A DNA stretch of 32,178 nucleotides from Sphaeroforma arctica JP610 (Eukaryota), in assembly GCF_001186125.1 (NCBI RefSeq), contig NW_014040400.1, positions 1-32,178 on the forward strand, in the 5' to 3' direction. The translations under genes were made by a program, and so were the position numbers. Positions 1-11,156 of this stretch are shown in pieces. How positions within the stretch are numbered: position 1 is the stretch's first letter; each line of letters starts with the position of its first letter. A model generated the notes under the pieces. It saw only the letters and a program-made list of their open reading frames with translations. It had not been told where the DNA came from and searched no databases.

Positions 1-467
1 TATATGGTGATTTCTTCTTAGTCTTGTTCTAGATGTACACTGCAGTTTAATATAAGTTATCGTACAGGTTAAAACATAGTGATATAGCGTGTAGCACTTA
101 CTGTGCCACACACTCTCTATGTATACTTCAACTATTATTGCCATGTGAATTCACCCTTGTTTGAATTCTCACAAAATATTGACGACACAAATTTCCTGAA
201 AACTGATGACAGGCCTGACTGCCCCAAATCCTGGCCCAGATTTGGGTCGGCCGAAACCTTACCCTAAATTCTTAGGGCTCAGTTCACAGTCAATCACAAC
301 CCCCCGCTACAATTGCATGTCACCTTAACCTGCGTGACGTGCCATCGTAACCTTACTGTATCTGAGCACCGCCGCCTAAAGACCCCTGCTCCGTATACGT
401 CTGAAGAAAAACTAAAGTAAAAAAATTCACCTATGTACACGTCCTGAGTACACGCGCGTTAGACTTA

Positions 468-479
468 CTTTCCACCCCC
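468..479 (-). other. Putative polypurine tract of the Gypsy element; the 3' LTR would begin near 468 and run leftwards (far end not definable)
   Basis: Minus-strand GGGGGTGGAAAG lies about 60 nt after the pol stop and is followed by TAAGTC. No second LTR copy is in the window to confirm it. Confidence 0.45.
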
Positions 480-536
480 GCGTGGGAGGTGGAGTTCGGC
501 CACCCTACTTCACCCTTGAGGATTTAATAACTGCAA

Positions 537-1412
537 CTAACGACGTGCTGGCATATCCACCCCGTCCTCGGACAACTGCAACTCGCCCCAAGCCCGAAGG
601 CGACCACGTCTGTATCTTGCCGATTGCGCAAAGGCAAAACATTTCTCTACCTGGCGCTTGAAGTGCACCCACTTCTTCTCATCCGAGAACATGCGCTTCA
701 ACAGCTTGGTGTACCGCTTGTCAAGCACATGCTTACTCCCAGACCCCGGTACCAGAGGTGTGTAGCACTCCAGGTCCGCCTCATCGCACCACATCTGCCA
801 ACGGCTCCAGACCGAACGCATGGCGTTGGACCATGTTCGGGCATTCTTAGTACGGCGCAGGCAGTGTCCTACCGTCTGCTTGCACCCGTCCTTAGAACCA
901 CAAAGTGGCGAATGGTACATGAGCCAATCCTCAAAGCGACCATTCGGGCGATAACGCATGGGTGTCCTCGCATGTGCCTCCTTCGTGAACTTCCCAATAT
1001 GCAGTTTCAACTCCGCCCGAAGAAACTTGCGTGCCATCTCCACCACGTGAGTAAGTAGAGCTTGTACCGATACCACCTTCGCTGGGCCACCCCGGCGCGC
1101 TGACAGGTCATGAGACTTGCCCCGCAATCTATACCAAACCTGCGAACCGACCGGTAACAAAGTCACGTCTTCACGGCTGATGTTGGCACGACTCTGTTGC
1201 TCCAGCTGAGCCCGAAGGTCCCGCACCGCCGCAACGGCATCGCGGACCGCCATTCTCCGACTCGAGCAGTGACAGCACCCTGTCCTGTAACTCCAGTCGC
1301 TTCTGTCTGTTGATTTCAAATCTCTGCCAGTCATATGGAAATAGGGGGAGAAACCTGTGACAGAATTGCGCGTAGCGTTGTAGATCCGCACCATCTCATA
1401 AACCAGGTACAA
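537..1412 (-). pseudogene. Integrase C-terminal region (SH3-like GPY/F module) plus about 150 aa unassigned extension
   Basis: ORF contains YNATRNSVTGFSPY and LPVGSQVWYR..LSARRGGPAKVVSV..THVVE..ELK, then a W/C/H/K-rich tail to the stop at 537. Confidence 0.7.
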
Positions 1413-2032
1413 CCACGCACGCGGAGAGTCGTCCGCAGCCTATCTCCCGGCGCAACCAGTCCTTCATCGTCCTGATGAAAGTCTCTGGTCGCCCGTTGCT
1501 CTGATGCCGATTCACCGTGATCCAGTGCGGTTCAATGTTGCGACGCTCGCAGAACGTCGTCACATCCCCATTCTTAAAGCCGCGCAGATGAGCCCCACGC
1601 CAATACTTGTTCCCCTATGAAATGAGCCGCTGAGGGACCATCCACGTTAGGACCAAACACTATCGCGAACATCATGCGAGTCTGCGTGTCCACCGCTAGG
1701 AGCACCTTGGACTGCCCATTGACCAGGTCAAAGTCCATGAAGTCCATGCTAATCTCTCGCATGGCTTCTTCTAGCTGCGGTGGCTACTGGAGCAAGCCCT
1801 TCTCCCTGCCCAAGTCATGCGACACCGCCTGGCAGGCGTCACAACTTTGCCGCACATGAGTGCACATCTCCATCATGCCACTCCAACCCCATAATGTGCG
1901 TACCAGCTGATTCAACCGCTTGGCATCCGCATGCACAAACAGCTCGTGGGTGTACCGTACAATCCGTTCCACGATTGTACCCCCCACCTCAAAACCAAAG
2001 ACTGAACCTTCATCGACTGAAGCCGATCCCAT
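1290..2032 (-). pseudogene. DDE integrase: HHCC zinc finger and catalytic core (in-frame stop, deletion of second Asp)
   Basis: THELFVH..WGWSGM..VRQSCDACQ, stop at 1784-1786, then in frame REISMDFMDF..LLAVDTQTRMMFA. After a frameshift that removes the SDNG-type motif: FKNGDVTTFCERRNIE..HQSNGRPETFIRTMKDWL, then YNATRNSVTGFSPY. Confidence 0.9.
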
Positions 2033-2559
2033 TTCAAGTCTTCTTAGGGCTCATTCACTGGATCCTACTCTATCTTAGTGCGCACCTCGGCACTAGGAGG
2101 TTCTAGAACCTCAGGTTCATCCAGATCCATGTCGTTCTGAGCAGGCAACGTATTAACAATATTGACTGAATCCCTGTCGCCGAGTTAATTTCGGGGACTT
2201 CGCACTCTGACTGCGCGTCTACATTGCTCCTAAAACCCCCCCAGCCTGGGACTTATCACCGTTCTCCAGCTGGGCGTCCGCTTCCCTACCGACTGGTCAA
2301 ACACCTCGCTGGGATCCTGCCAGGACTGCATGGAAAGCACAGCTACCGCAGAGATAGGTGTTGTCTTTACCCCTGCTTCCTCCGCAGGGAGCCCACAACT
2401 AAGCCTCTTACCACTTGGATGAGTCACGACACCTACTGTGTCTTCCTACACCATACAGGAGATAACCTCATTCTCACGTTTTACTGCCGCCGCAGCTAAC
2501 CTCTCAAAGACGGGACGCTCTGCCTCCAACTTCTCCCAAAAGTCATTGCGCAAGTTGTG

Positions 2560-2917
2560 CGGTCTGTATGGACTCATGTGACACACCAGTGTCACAAAGT
2601 CGGGAGCCAGCATTACCTCACGGCCATGCTTTAAGAAGACACCCTCATTCGGGTAGATCACCACCGGATCTGCTGAAAGCATCGGTAAAATGTTCTTGAA
2701 CCACCCTGGCTATCACCCTACCTAAATGTGACCATTTAGGGTTGAAGTACCACCTCGTACCCATCCAGGTGCGTAAAGCAAGCAACCCCCCGACAAGCAT
2801 AGGCTGATAGAGTGGCTTCATCCGATAATTAGTCGGATGCGCAAACCCTTCCGCATCAAATGGACCAAACTTGTCCCGAATCTTGGTAAACCAACTCTTA
2901 CTCAAGGCGTAGGACTC
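2560..2917 (-). pseudogene. Dam/DIRS-type DNA N6-adenine methyltransferase-like domain embedded in pol (frameshifted)
   Basis: ESYALSKSWFTKIRDKFGPFDAEGFAHPTN (SAM-binding FGPFDxDxFAxxxN pattern)..RTWMGTRWYFNPKWSHLGRVIARVVQE (W-x-G-xx-W/Y-x-NPP[WF]-xx-I-x-RV pattern). After a frameshift/deletion it continues ILPMLSADPVVIYPNEGVF..APDFVTLVCHMSP. Confidence 0.75.
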
Positions 2918-2996
2918 AGGCTTAGGTTCCACCACCACCGGCTCACTCCAATCGACTCGCTCCTCAACCGGGGCACTCCGTGCCTGCATGATTGGG

Positions 2997-3400
2997 TCAA
3001 TGTGGTAACTCACCCAGTATGTGCTTGAGTATTATATCAAAGTCTCTCAGCAACTGAGCATACCGAGCCATACTCCGACCTCTAACAGAAGAATCATACG
3101 ACAGCGGATCCTTCGTCAACATTGCGACCAATGGCTCGTGATCCGTGTAGATCATGACCGGATGTTGCGACCTCTTGACGATACGCCACGACTTGTGCAC
3201 ACAGTACACAATAGCTAGGGCTTCCTTATCCGTGATGTGATAACCTAACTGGGCTGGGCTGAACTTCGAAGACCAGAACCCTACAGAGCACAACTTCTTC
3301 TCTCGCCTGGCGAACAACCCCCCGCCCACTCCTACCGAGTCACACGCGTCGCAGTACATCTCCAACTTATCCTCGAACCTAGGTTCGACCAGAACCCACC
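2997..3400 (-). pseudogene. Ty3-type RNase H domain
   Basis: LEMYCDACDSVGVGGGLF..VGFWSSKFSPAQLGYHITDKEALAIVYCV..VMIYTDHEPL..RYAQLLRDFDIILKHILG. Confidence 0.92.
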
Positions 3401-3499
3401 TCTTGGCCACCTCAGCTCGGATACGATCTATCGCCTCTTGCTGGATCGGTCCCCACACAAAAGGAACATCCTTCTTGCTGAGATCCGAGATAGATGCCA

Positions 3500-4254
3500 T
3501 GATCCTGGAGTTGTCTGAAATGTACTGGCCCCAATACCCTATCGTGTGGTACCAGGACGCCAACAGGTTCTTGTCTGTAGGTGAAGACATGCGTAGAATG
3601 GACTCCATCCGATCTTCACTGATGGCGGAACCCTTTTCATCAACCAACCTACCCAACGCCAGAACTGATCGGTCAGAAAAATTAAAGCAACACTCCTTCA
3701 AGTTCAGCTTGACGTTGTGCTTCTTACATGCCGCAATCAAAGCCCTGATGCTCGTCCAATACTGCTTGGCATCATTGTCTCCCAACACCCATATCATCAA
3801 TGTATGTCTTAAGTCCATCAACGCTTCGGAGGGCCTGCTCCATCCTTTGCTGTATAACCCAAGACGCCGGCTTGATACCAAGCGGCATGCCCACAAATGA
3901 GCGCTTGCCCCAAAGCGTCCAGAACGTCAAGAGATGCTGCGATCCCTCTGCGACCTTGGGCTGGCAAAACCTTCGCCCAATATTTACTATGGTGCGGTAC
4001 TTCTTGCCGCGTAACGCCGACAAGAACTCCTGCTCCGTAGGCACTGGATACTTATCACATTCCAACGTACCATTGAGTTTGTTGTATTTATTGCAACACC
4101 GCCAGTCATTGACCGACAGCGGTACAACCCCTGGCTTCTTAATGACCATGTGCGGCATCGCACAATAAAAATTTGCTTCAGCATCCGATATCTCACGAGT
4201 CACGCCACCATGATCCCAGTCACCAACCTTTCCACCAAGTAACGTGGTGAACAA
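3500..4254 (-). pseudogene. Reverse transcriptase domain (frameshifted)
   Basis: PHMVIKKPG..NDWRCCNKYNKLNGTLECDKYPVP..LRGKKYRTIVNIGRRFCQ..TFWT..MPLGIKPASWVIQQRM..TYIDDM, then after a frameshift KHNVKLNLKECCF..LALGRLV. The first catalytic Asp position appears as N (IVNI). Confidence 0.93.
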
Positions 4255-4673
4255 GGAACCCTTGTTAGGGTAAACATTGTAACACGGTTGCGACCCTTTT
4301 CCACTTTGAATTCAACCCCATTACGAAAGCGGATATCATCAAAAACCATGAAAGTGGGGACAGCCGCATTGTATGCCAGAGGCTGGATGTCTTTGAAGAT
4401 GGTGTCCAACTCACGCTTCGGCAGCCCACAAGCCCTATGCAGCTTCCGTAACTGGGGCTGGTCGAACTCCAAGTGCGCCTGCGGATCCACTTCTTTCGCC
4501 GGAGATACAGTCGTCGCGCCTATCGGCATATTGACCTCCGCCAGCAAATCATGAAGACGTAGTAACACATACTCGTCAGCGTCATCTAGCTCTGCCGCGT
4601 TGGCCAAGTAGTCCAACCTCTGCTTAATCTCCATAAAGCGCGCTTGCACTGACGCAATGTATTTCTTACGACG

Positions 4674-5160
4674 CTACTCCTTAAACTCATTCCAATGTAC
4701 CGCACGTAAGCCCAGGTGGCTATGTAACGTGTTGAGTTTTATGTTCTGCGGCATTAGCACATCAAGCTTTCGCCGCGTGCTTCTAACTTGTGTGCGCCGC
4801 GCTCTCGCCCGCTTGCCCGGCGGGCTCTTCATTCCCGGCTGCTCCTCATCCACCGCTTGAGACTTCAAGAAGTCTATGACCTGCGTCTGAGGAACAACTA
4901 CCAACAAATCCTGCTTTGTCCACATTAAGGATAGGCGCGCTTTCAGTAAGTCCTTGAAGCCAAGTAAGACATCCGTGTCAAACGGCAAGGACATAACAAC
5001 CAACAGATCCATGGGACGAACAACAGATTCTCCCCCATGTGTCCAAAGTCACAAAAGACTGTACCACACCCGACGGACGGACTCAACCCATTTCCGCCAC
5101 ACCCTTGTACGGGAAACCTGTGTAGCGTGCAACCTTCGAGGCGGGCCCAAGGTATAGGGT
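4674..5160 (-). pseudogene. Retropepsin aspartic protease, C-terminal half (catalytic D-T/S-G missing)
   Basis: Fragments YKGVAEMG / VRPSGVVQSFVTL / VVRPMDLLVVMSLPFDTDVLLGFKDLLK match the flap and terminal D(V/I)LLG motif of retrotransposon proteases. The sequence is cut off at about 5165. Confidence 0.65.
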
Positions 5161-5169
5161 TAAGTTAGA

Positions 5170-5462
5170 TGTAAAGGTACCCATCGGCTGGGACCTGAGG
5201 GACTCAGAGGGACTTAGAAGGAGTCAGGTAGTCAAGGACTCAGGTTTTGGACCCAGTCGATGAGTTATCATAAATTATGTTGTCATGGGTACGGAATAGT
5301 GGCCCAGGTTGTGAGGGAAGCCAAGTGATCAGAAGAATCACCTGGCGACTAATTTTAGATAACTGTGGCAAGGGAATTGTCACACTCTACGAAGCTAGTT
5401 TAATGACATAGTGAATAAACATTGTTGTGTGTAAGTTTAACTAGGCGTATATCTCACTCACA
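5170..5462 (+). mobile_element. Putative LTR (TG...CA, 293 bp) of a second retrotransposon
   Basis: Starts TGTAAAG (5170), ends CTCACA (5462), has AATAAA at 5414-5419 and short internal GGGACT-type repeats. A gag-like ATG follows 49 nt later. It does not resemble the region flanking the first element's PPT. Confidence 0.5.
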
Positions 5463-5510
5463 ATTGAGCTATGTAGCGATTAAGAAATAGACGGTAATCT
5501 TTGATACGAG

Positions 5511-5714
5511 ATGTCGAATGAGGGAATAAAAATATTCCGAGGAAAAGAAGATGGTGACTATCATATATGGATAAAGTGTAGTGGTCAGACGATCAAGGAA
5601 CGAAAAGCGCACAACCCAAGCGGTATTGCTGACACGGAGGACCAGGCTGAACACTACTTGCGACATGGAATCAACGGCGACCCAGGCCAGCATTGGAGCT
5701 GCTTTGGGCGATGA
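5511..5714 (+). pseudogene. Retrotransposon gag N-terminal fragment
   Basis: MSNEGIKIFRGKEDGDYHIWIK (F-x-G-xxxx-D-xxx-W capsid pattern)..AEHYLRHGINGDPGQHW (YLxxxLxGxAxxW-like). Truncated, with no pol following. Confidence 0.5.
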
Positions 5715-6127
5715 GCTTATGGATGTGGGGATGATCGACTTCTTGGTCTTAGCTCACTGTGACAATCATATATCTGGTATCGGGTTTAACATTGATACGT
5801 ATGCACACATTTGTTTTGGCCGTACGAAGAGCGTAGAGCGGATACAAGCACCATCAACTTGGCAAGAGGATCAAACTCGACTCTCGCCAATCATATGAAA
5901 CGTGAATTAAATAGGAACGAATCTCCAGCGCCAATATATCGAGCGTCGATATCCAAAACACGCTATATAGTATTCTTTCTACTTATAACGGTGTGAGTGA
6001 CGTTGCTTGTTCCTTTAATATTTAGAGTTACACATTGTCCCTACGAGATAAAATTCCATCTTTGAGACATAATATTTATGAGAGGAGTGGCCAAATCCTC
6101 TAATGTAGCCATTGTATCTGCATTCCA

Positions 6128-6310
6128 TCAACTGCCGGATTTCGCAGGTTCTGCAGTATTCGTGCCATTGGCTATCTTAGCCTGCGAAGTCTCTTCGACA
6201 ATTTTGAGTAGACTCTCTGTATTTTTGTCGGTAGACTTATTATCATTTAACCATTTCGTGCCGAATCTCCGCCATCTATTCAGATTGGCAGCAGGGCCAT
6301 TGAGGGTCCT
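6128..6310 (-). CDS. SIN3: Sin3 exon 15 (terminal)
   Basis: tacag|[25 protein letters not shown]. The R..RF..W motif matches the Sin3 extreme C-terminus; phase 0. Confidence 0.7.
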   Translation of the reverse strand, partial: RTLNGPAANLNRWRRFGTKWLNDNKSTDKNTESLLKIVEETSQAKIANGTNTAEPAKSGS

Positions 6311-9300
6311 CTGTAATATCATATGAACAAGAGGTTTAGTATCAGAACACAATCAAGGGGACCTATCTGTATTGATAGGAAAGTAAACATCATGACTTGC
6401 GGCAACAAGAACGCCTGGAATCGAGGGGATTTACGACGAAAAATGCATGCGAAAACAACAATAACATCAGAAACGACAAATAAGCACACTCCGCTTCAAT
6501 TGTAGAACAACGATAGCGCTGCCTTGACAAAACAATTTACGTGCACACTGCACTTCGACTGAGGCCGTTGATATTAAGTTCACGACCATGTAATCGCGGC
6601 ATGCACATGCAGCGATGAGCGATGAAGTGAGTGAGGTCTTTCCCGTGTAATCACATGCCGCCACCACAGTACAATGGAGTACACACACCTTTACTCTCAT
6701 TGGCCCGCCCGTCCGCGTCTTCGTGACGTAGTCCGATGTGTCGGTCACGTACTTGAGCTTGTACGAATTAATGCACATCTTAACTTCCAGCGCATTCTTG
6801 GCGTAGATTGACACTTTCCTGTCGGTGCCGTCCCGGTACTCTGTGGTACACTCGGCCGTGTTGTGCGCCGCTGTCTGTGCATCTGTCATATTCACATCCT
6901 CATCTAGGTCCGCCTCAGCAACCGACGCATTGACATTTGGATGTACGTGTTTCTCAATGCCGGTGTCCACGGCACGCCGCAGGAACACGGGCACCTTGAG
7001 CATATTACCCGTGTAACTCGAGAGCAGGTTACTTTGACCCATTCCTTCATTCTCGTTGCTATGGTTACCCGTGCCATTAATTCGGCTATTCCCGCGCGAC
7101 GCGGTCCCAGCATCCGAATCGCCGGTGGTTGTATCCTTATTATTATTGCCATTCCGCCTGCCGTTGCCATGGTGACCACCCGCGGTGCCTCCTCTCCCCA
7201 CCTTGCCTCTGCCTTTCGCATTCCCGGTAGTGCTAACCGTGTTCCGTTCCTGCGTGTGGTATATGTGGCTCAGCACATACTGAGACGTGATGCCTACGGG
7301 TTCTGAGGTCACCATCACTACAGGCGTGGCGGTAGCGTGACTTGTCTGCCCCAGTCCTTTCTGGGGCCGGACGGGTGCTTGATTGTCGACTGTCGATTGC
7401 TGCGGCGCGGATGTATCTGTATCTGTATCTGTGCCTGTACTTGCATCCGCACCTGCTTTGGCGACATTATCGCTATCGTTCGCCGCGGAAGGCTTTACAG
7501 TGGCATCGGAACTATCCACTGCCGGCGATGGGTCCGTCTTCACAGAACCCTCCACCTCAGCAGCCACAGGCGTCTCCAATCGCGCAGCCTTGACCTCCCT
7601 CTCATCGGGCTCTTCATGTGTGTTCGAAACCGTGCCCGTGCTCACCTCAGCCTCCACAATGGTGCGTTTCTTAGCACCTTGTGCGGCATCTCTCGGGATT
7701 CTCCGTATACTGGGTACAACAGAGGGCGGGGCGATGGTGGTAGCGTCTGTGTACTTGCTGACATACAGGGACCATTCCTCGTCTACAGTAGACGCATCTA
7801 TTTGTGGGCTGGATGTTTCGTCGGGGTTGAGCATTCGCAGTCGCGCATCGGATATCTTTTCGGATAGGGCCCCGAATTTCCTCTGTTGGCGTTCATGTAT
7901 GGGTGTGACAGTGAGTGAGTGAGTGAGTGAGATCTGATGGATCGGGTGGGTTTCCATTTGATATTCCCACTCGCAAATCTTTAAATACACGGTGACAGAT
8001 GAAACGAGCAACAGAGTCGTGACTTAAGCTCATACTTGCTGATTTATGAGAGTCGTTCTACTACAGCATTCAACGGACGGACAGCTTAAGCTTATCAATT
8101 ATTGGATGCGCCGAAGCGATACAATACACAAATAGATTTGACCGTAAAGAGAACGTTGTTTCCTCTCTCACGTGCATGTGCATGGAAACAACCTGTGCAT
8201 ATACTTAGCCACTTGTGTATACACCCGAGATATTGTTCATTGACTGGTAAATGCACACTTACGAATTCGACGGAGAAAAGCGAATCATCGCGGATAGAGT
8301 GCTCGCAGTTCGTGCGGTAGACAGCCGGGTTGAATGCGGGATACGTTTCCTTACACAGTTGGTTGTAGTCGTACAGACTTAGAAGCTTGCGCGAGATTTC
8401 GTCGGTAGTGAGCGAGTGCAGCTGTGTGTAGATGGGCCGAGAGAGGGGGAGGGTAAATGTGTAGGAAAGGTTATTCCTCAGACATCACTATCGAAAGTAG
8501 CTCCAAAACGCTTATACAAACAGAGATGGTAGAGGGGATTCAAGTTGTGATACATTCTACAAGGGTTGTTGGGTGGCTAAAGTAAAAGTAAAAGTAGAAG
8601 TAGAAGTAGCTGTACAATTGCTTACCTGTCGCATTGAGTTTTGGATCAATCGGTCGATTGTGAACACCTCATGAGCCCGTGGCCCGTACAAGTCGCGTAA
8701 CAAATCTTCGTAAGTGGCGGAGTCGATGCCATTGTCCAGTAGCGCCTCGACGTATGTGATGAATGTCTTGTGGAGGTGCGCTGGCCTGGGGAGAGGAGAA
8801 GGCTCAGAGATTAAGAGACCTTGTGAATAAGTAGATAAGTATATATTTATACTAGGCGTTATACTTGAATATAGTCAGTAGTGGGTAGGACCATGACGAC
8901 TATATATACAGCGTGTGTTGAGAGGTTATACAGGCAACAAGCAAGGCTTCTCATACATTTGCACACCGTCCGAGTATGTGACCGGGTGGACAGATAACAT
9001 GGCAAGCTCCATGCGTGAAAGATGTTAATACTACATAAGACTTGCGCATGCCCTTTAACCCCACGATAAGTATGTACTGTAGTAAGATAGATTAGTAGAC
9101 CTTTCCTGAACTTCGCATGCGACATCACTAGCCATCACTTTCCACACAACAGTGCCCATTAAAATCAACCCTCTCCCACACACATACGCACACACACACA
9201 TAATTTCACACTGGAACATACTCGACGGTGGGGGCGTGTTTGCGCTTGATGATCACTGCCACCTCTTCATGCGGGTCTTGTTTGGTGAAGCCGTCGTACT

Positions 9301-11122
9301 CGTGTAGCTCCTTGTACCTGGCCCATTCCTTTAGGGCTTTGCACCGCGAGTAAATGAGATAATGCATCCGCAGGAACGCAAACCAGTGGTTGTTGCCGTA
9401 GAACATGTCCACCGTTCGCACCGAGCGTTTCTTGGCCTTGCCGGAAGGCTTGTTTGCGGTGACGGCCTGTAGTGTAGTGTATGTTATATATATATATATA
9501 TAAATGTGAATATGAGTTTGAGTACCTCGAGCGATGCAATCTATATGTGACTAAATATGAGTGTATCTGTATGCATCTACAAGCGAGTAAAGGTATTTAC
9601 CACATAGACCCCTATGAAAAAATAGTACATTCATAGATACAATCCGATCATTTACGCCAACAAGCATACGAATATTTCGACAGTCCGCACCAAACAAACT
9701 CAACAACGGTTTGTAAGTATGTTCTAGGCCCGAAACACTTGCACCACGAAGATGGCGATCATTTTCCATTGGCTAACACATACCATATCATCGCATTTAA
9801 ACTGCGTAAACTACGTAAACTGCGTGTCTTGTGCTGTAACCTATGTCGTTTCAACCTGATCAACACAGCGCACACATATCCTCACTCCAATCACAACGCA
9901 GATAGCCAAACTCTCCGGATACCTACCGAGGCCTGCACCAATGGGTTTATAATCGTGGGTTGGGGTCCCCTGTAGTGCCCACTCCTCCCCGTAATCGACC
10001 CGTTTTCAAATTTCCTGCCCATATAAAACCCTTTATCGACCCCTTTCTCCAGCCCACTTTCCGAGTTTGACTTAATTCCGTTGATATTTTCGGACTTTCT
10101 GGGACTAGAGGGGTTTGCAGTAGCCGCCACGGCAGTGCTTGCGGTGCTGGTAGTTTGCTTGGCTGTGGTGGTAGTGGATGCAGTCTTGCTGGCCCGAGTC
10201 TTTGTGGCAGCTATGGAAATTAGGAGCAGGAGCAGAACAACACCATTAGTATGAGAAGGATAAGGACACGAGTAGATATAAAAGTGGCATGCGCGTATTA
10301 TATAGCCCTATCACTGTTTCTCCGACAATGTGACAGGATGGATATAACCAAAGAACGGCACAGCCACCACACATGCGCATGCGCATGTGAACACCACTGC
10401 AGGTCTACAGATATACGAGACACTCATCCAGAAACAGACACACCAGCAACAGCTCGCACGGACACACAAGCGGGCACGTGCATGGCAATATAGGGGGATA
10501 ACAATGCAAAGCGAGTCATCCACTCTTTACATTGGCAGAAAGGTAGGTAAGTAGGTAGGCAGCGGACGTCACAGACAGGACTTATAGGACACAGCGGTCT
10601 GTCAACCGCTCATGCATAGATGGACGATGCCTATACGTTGCAGCCCACAATGAGACGCAGATATGTACGTGCCGAGTAGCACATGCTCTATGCTCCCACT
10701 ACACGAATGAGAGCAGCAGAGCAATACAGTTATGTGTGGGGAACACCGTACAGGGCGTAGACTCCCGCCTGACATACAGCTGTAAAGATAATGTGATATA
10801 GCCCGGATAACGGCACTGAACCAAACAATACCACCATGTGTAGGTATAGTCAGAGTGCCTGCTAGTTAGAGCCGAGACAGACATCTTGTGACTACTCAGC
10901 ACTCACAATGCAAGCGCAGTTCTTTGTCAATATATATTCATATTCATACATGAAGCATAAACAATGCACTAATATACACCCACTATAAATTTACCACTAC
11001 AAGTTTTATACCACAGACCACACCACAAATCATATATAGTATTTGCCACTATATGTAGTTTAAATTAAAACACCAATACGTACATAGGCGTAAAGATACG
11101 TATATATATATATATATACATA

Positions 11123-11156
<34 letters not shown>

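Larger units (their letters stand above)
468..5169 (-). mobile_element. Degenerate Ty3/Gypsy-type LTR retrotransposon (pol only; PR-RT-RH-[MTase]-IN order), 5'-truncated within the protease
   Basis: Successive minus-strand ORF fragments give the protease C-terminus (DVLLG), RT (KKP..DWRC..Y.KLN, D.YPVP, MPLGIK, YIDD), RNase H (YCDAC, Y.ITDKEALAIV, YTDHEPL), integrase HHCC finger and core. IN lies downstream of RH, as in Ty3/Gypsy. Multiple frameshifts, stops and small deletions are present. No gag or matching 5' LTR is visible. Confidence 0.92.

Noticed and set aside
537..1000. Chromodomain at the integrase C-terminus
   Set aside because: The characteristic Y/F-L-V-K-W-x-G-Y...T-W-E pattern is absent.
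537..5169. DIRS1-type tyrosine-recombinase retrotransposon (suggested by the MTase domain)
   Set aside because: The downstream domain is an HHCC + DDE integrase with an SH3-like tail, no tyrosine recombinase motifs are visible, and the RT/RNase H motifs are Ty3-like.
5170..5462. 5' LTR of the minus-strand Gypsy element, or a solo LTR with a target-site duplication
   Set aside because: It shows no similarity to the sequence beyond the PPT, AATAAA and gag indicate plus orientation, and the flanks TTAGA and ATTGA are not a perfect duplication.
6467..8011. Stand-alone 514-aa gene
   Set aside because: Its core carries Sin3 C-terminal motifs and splices in phase with neighbouring Sin3 exons; both ORF ends are intronic read-through.
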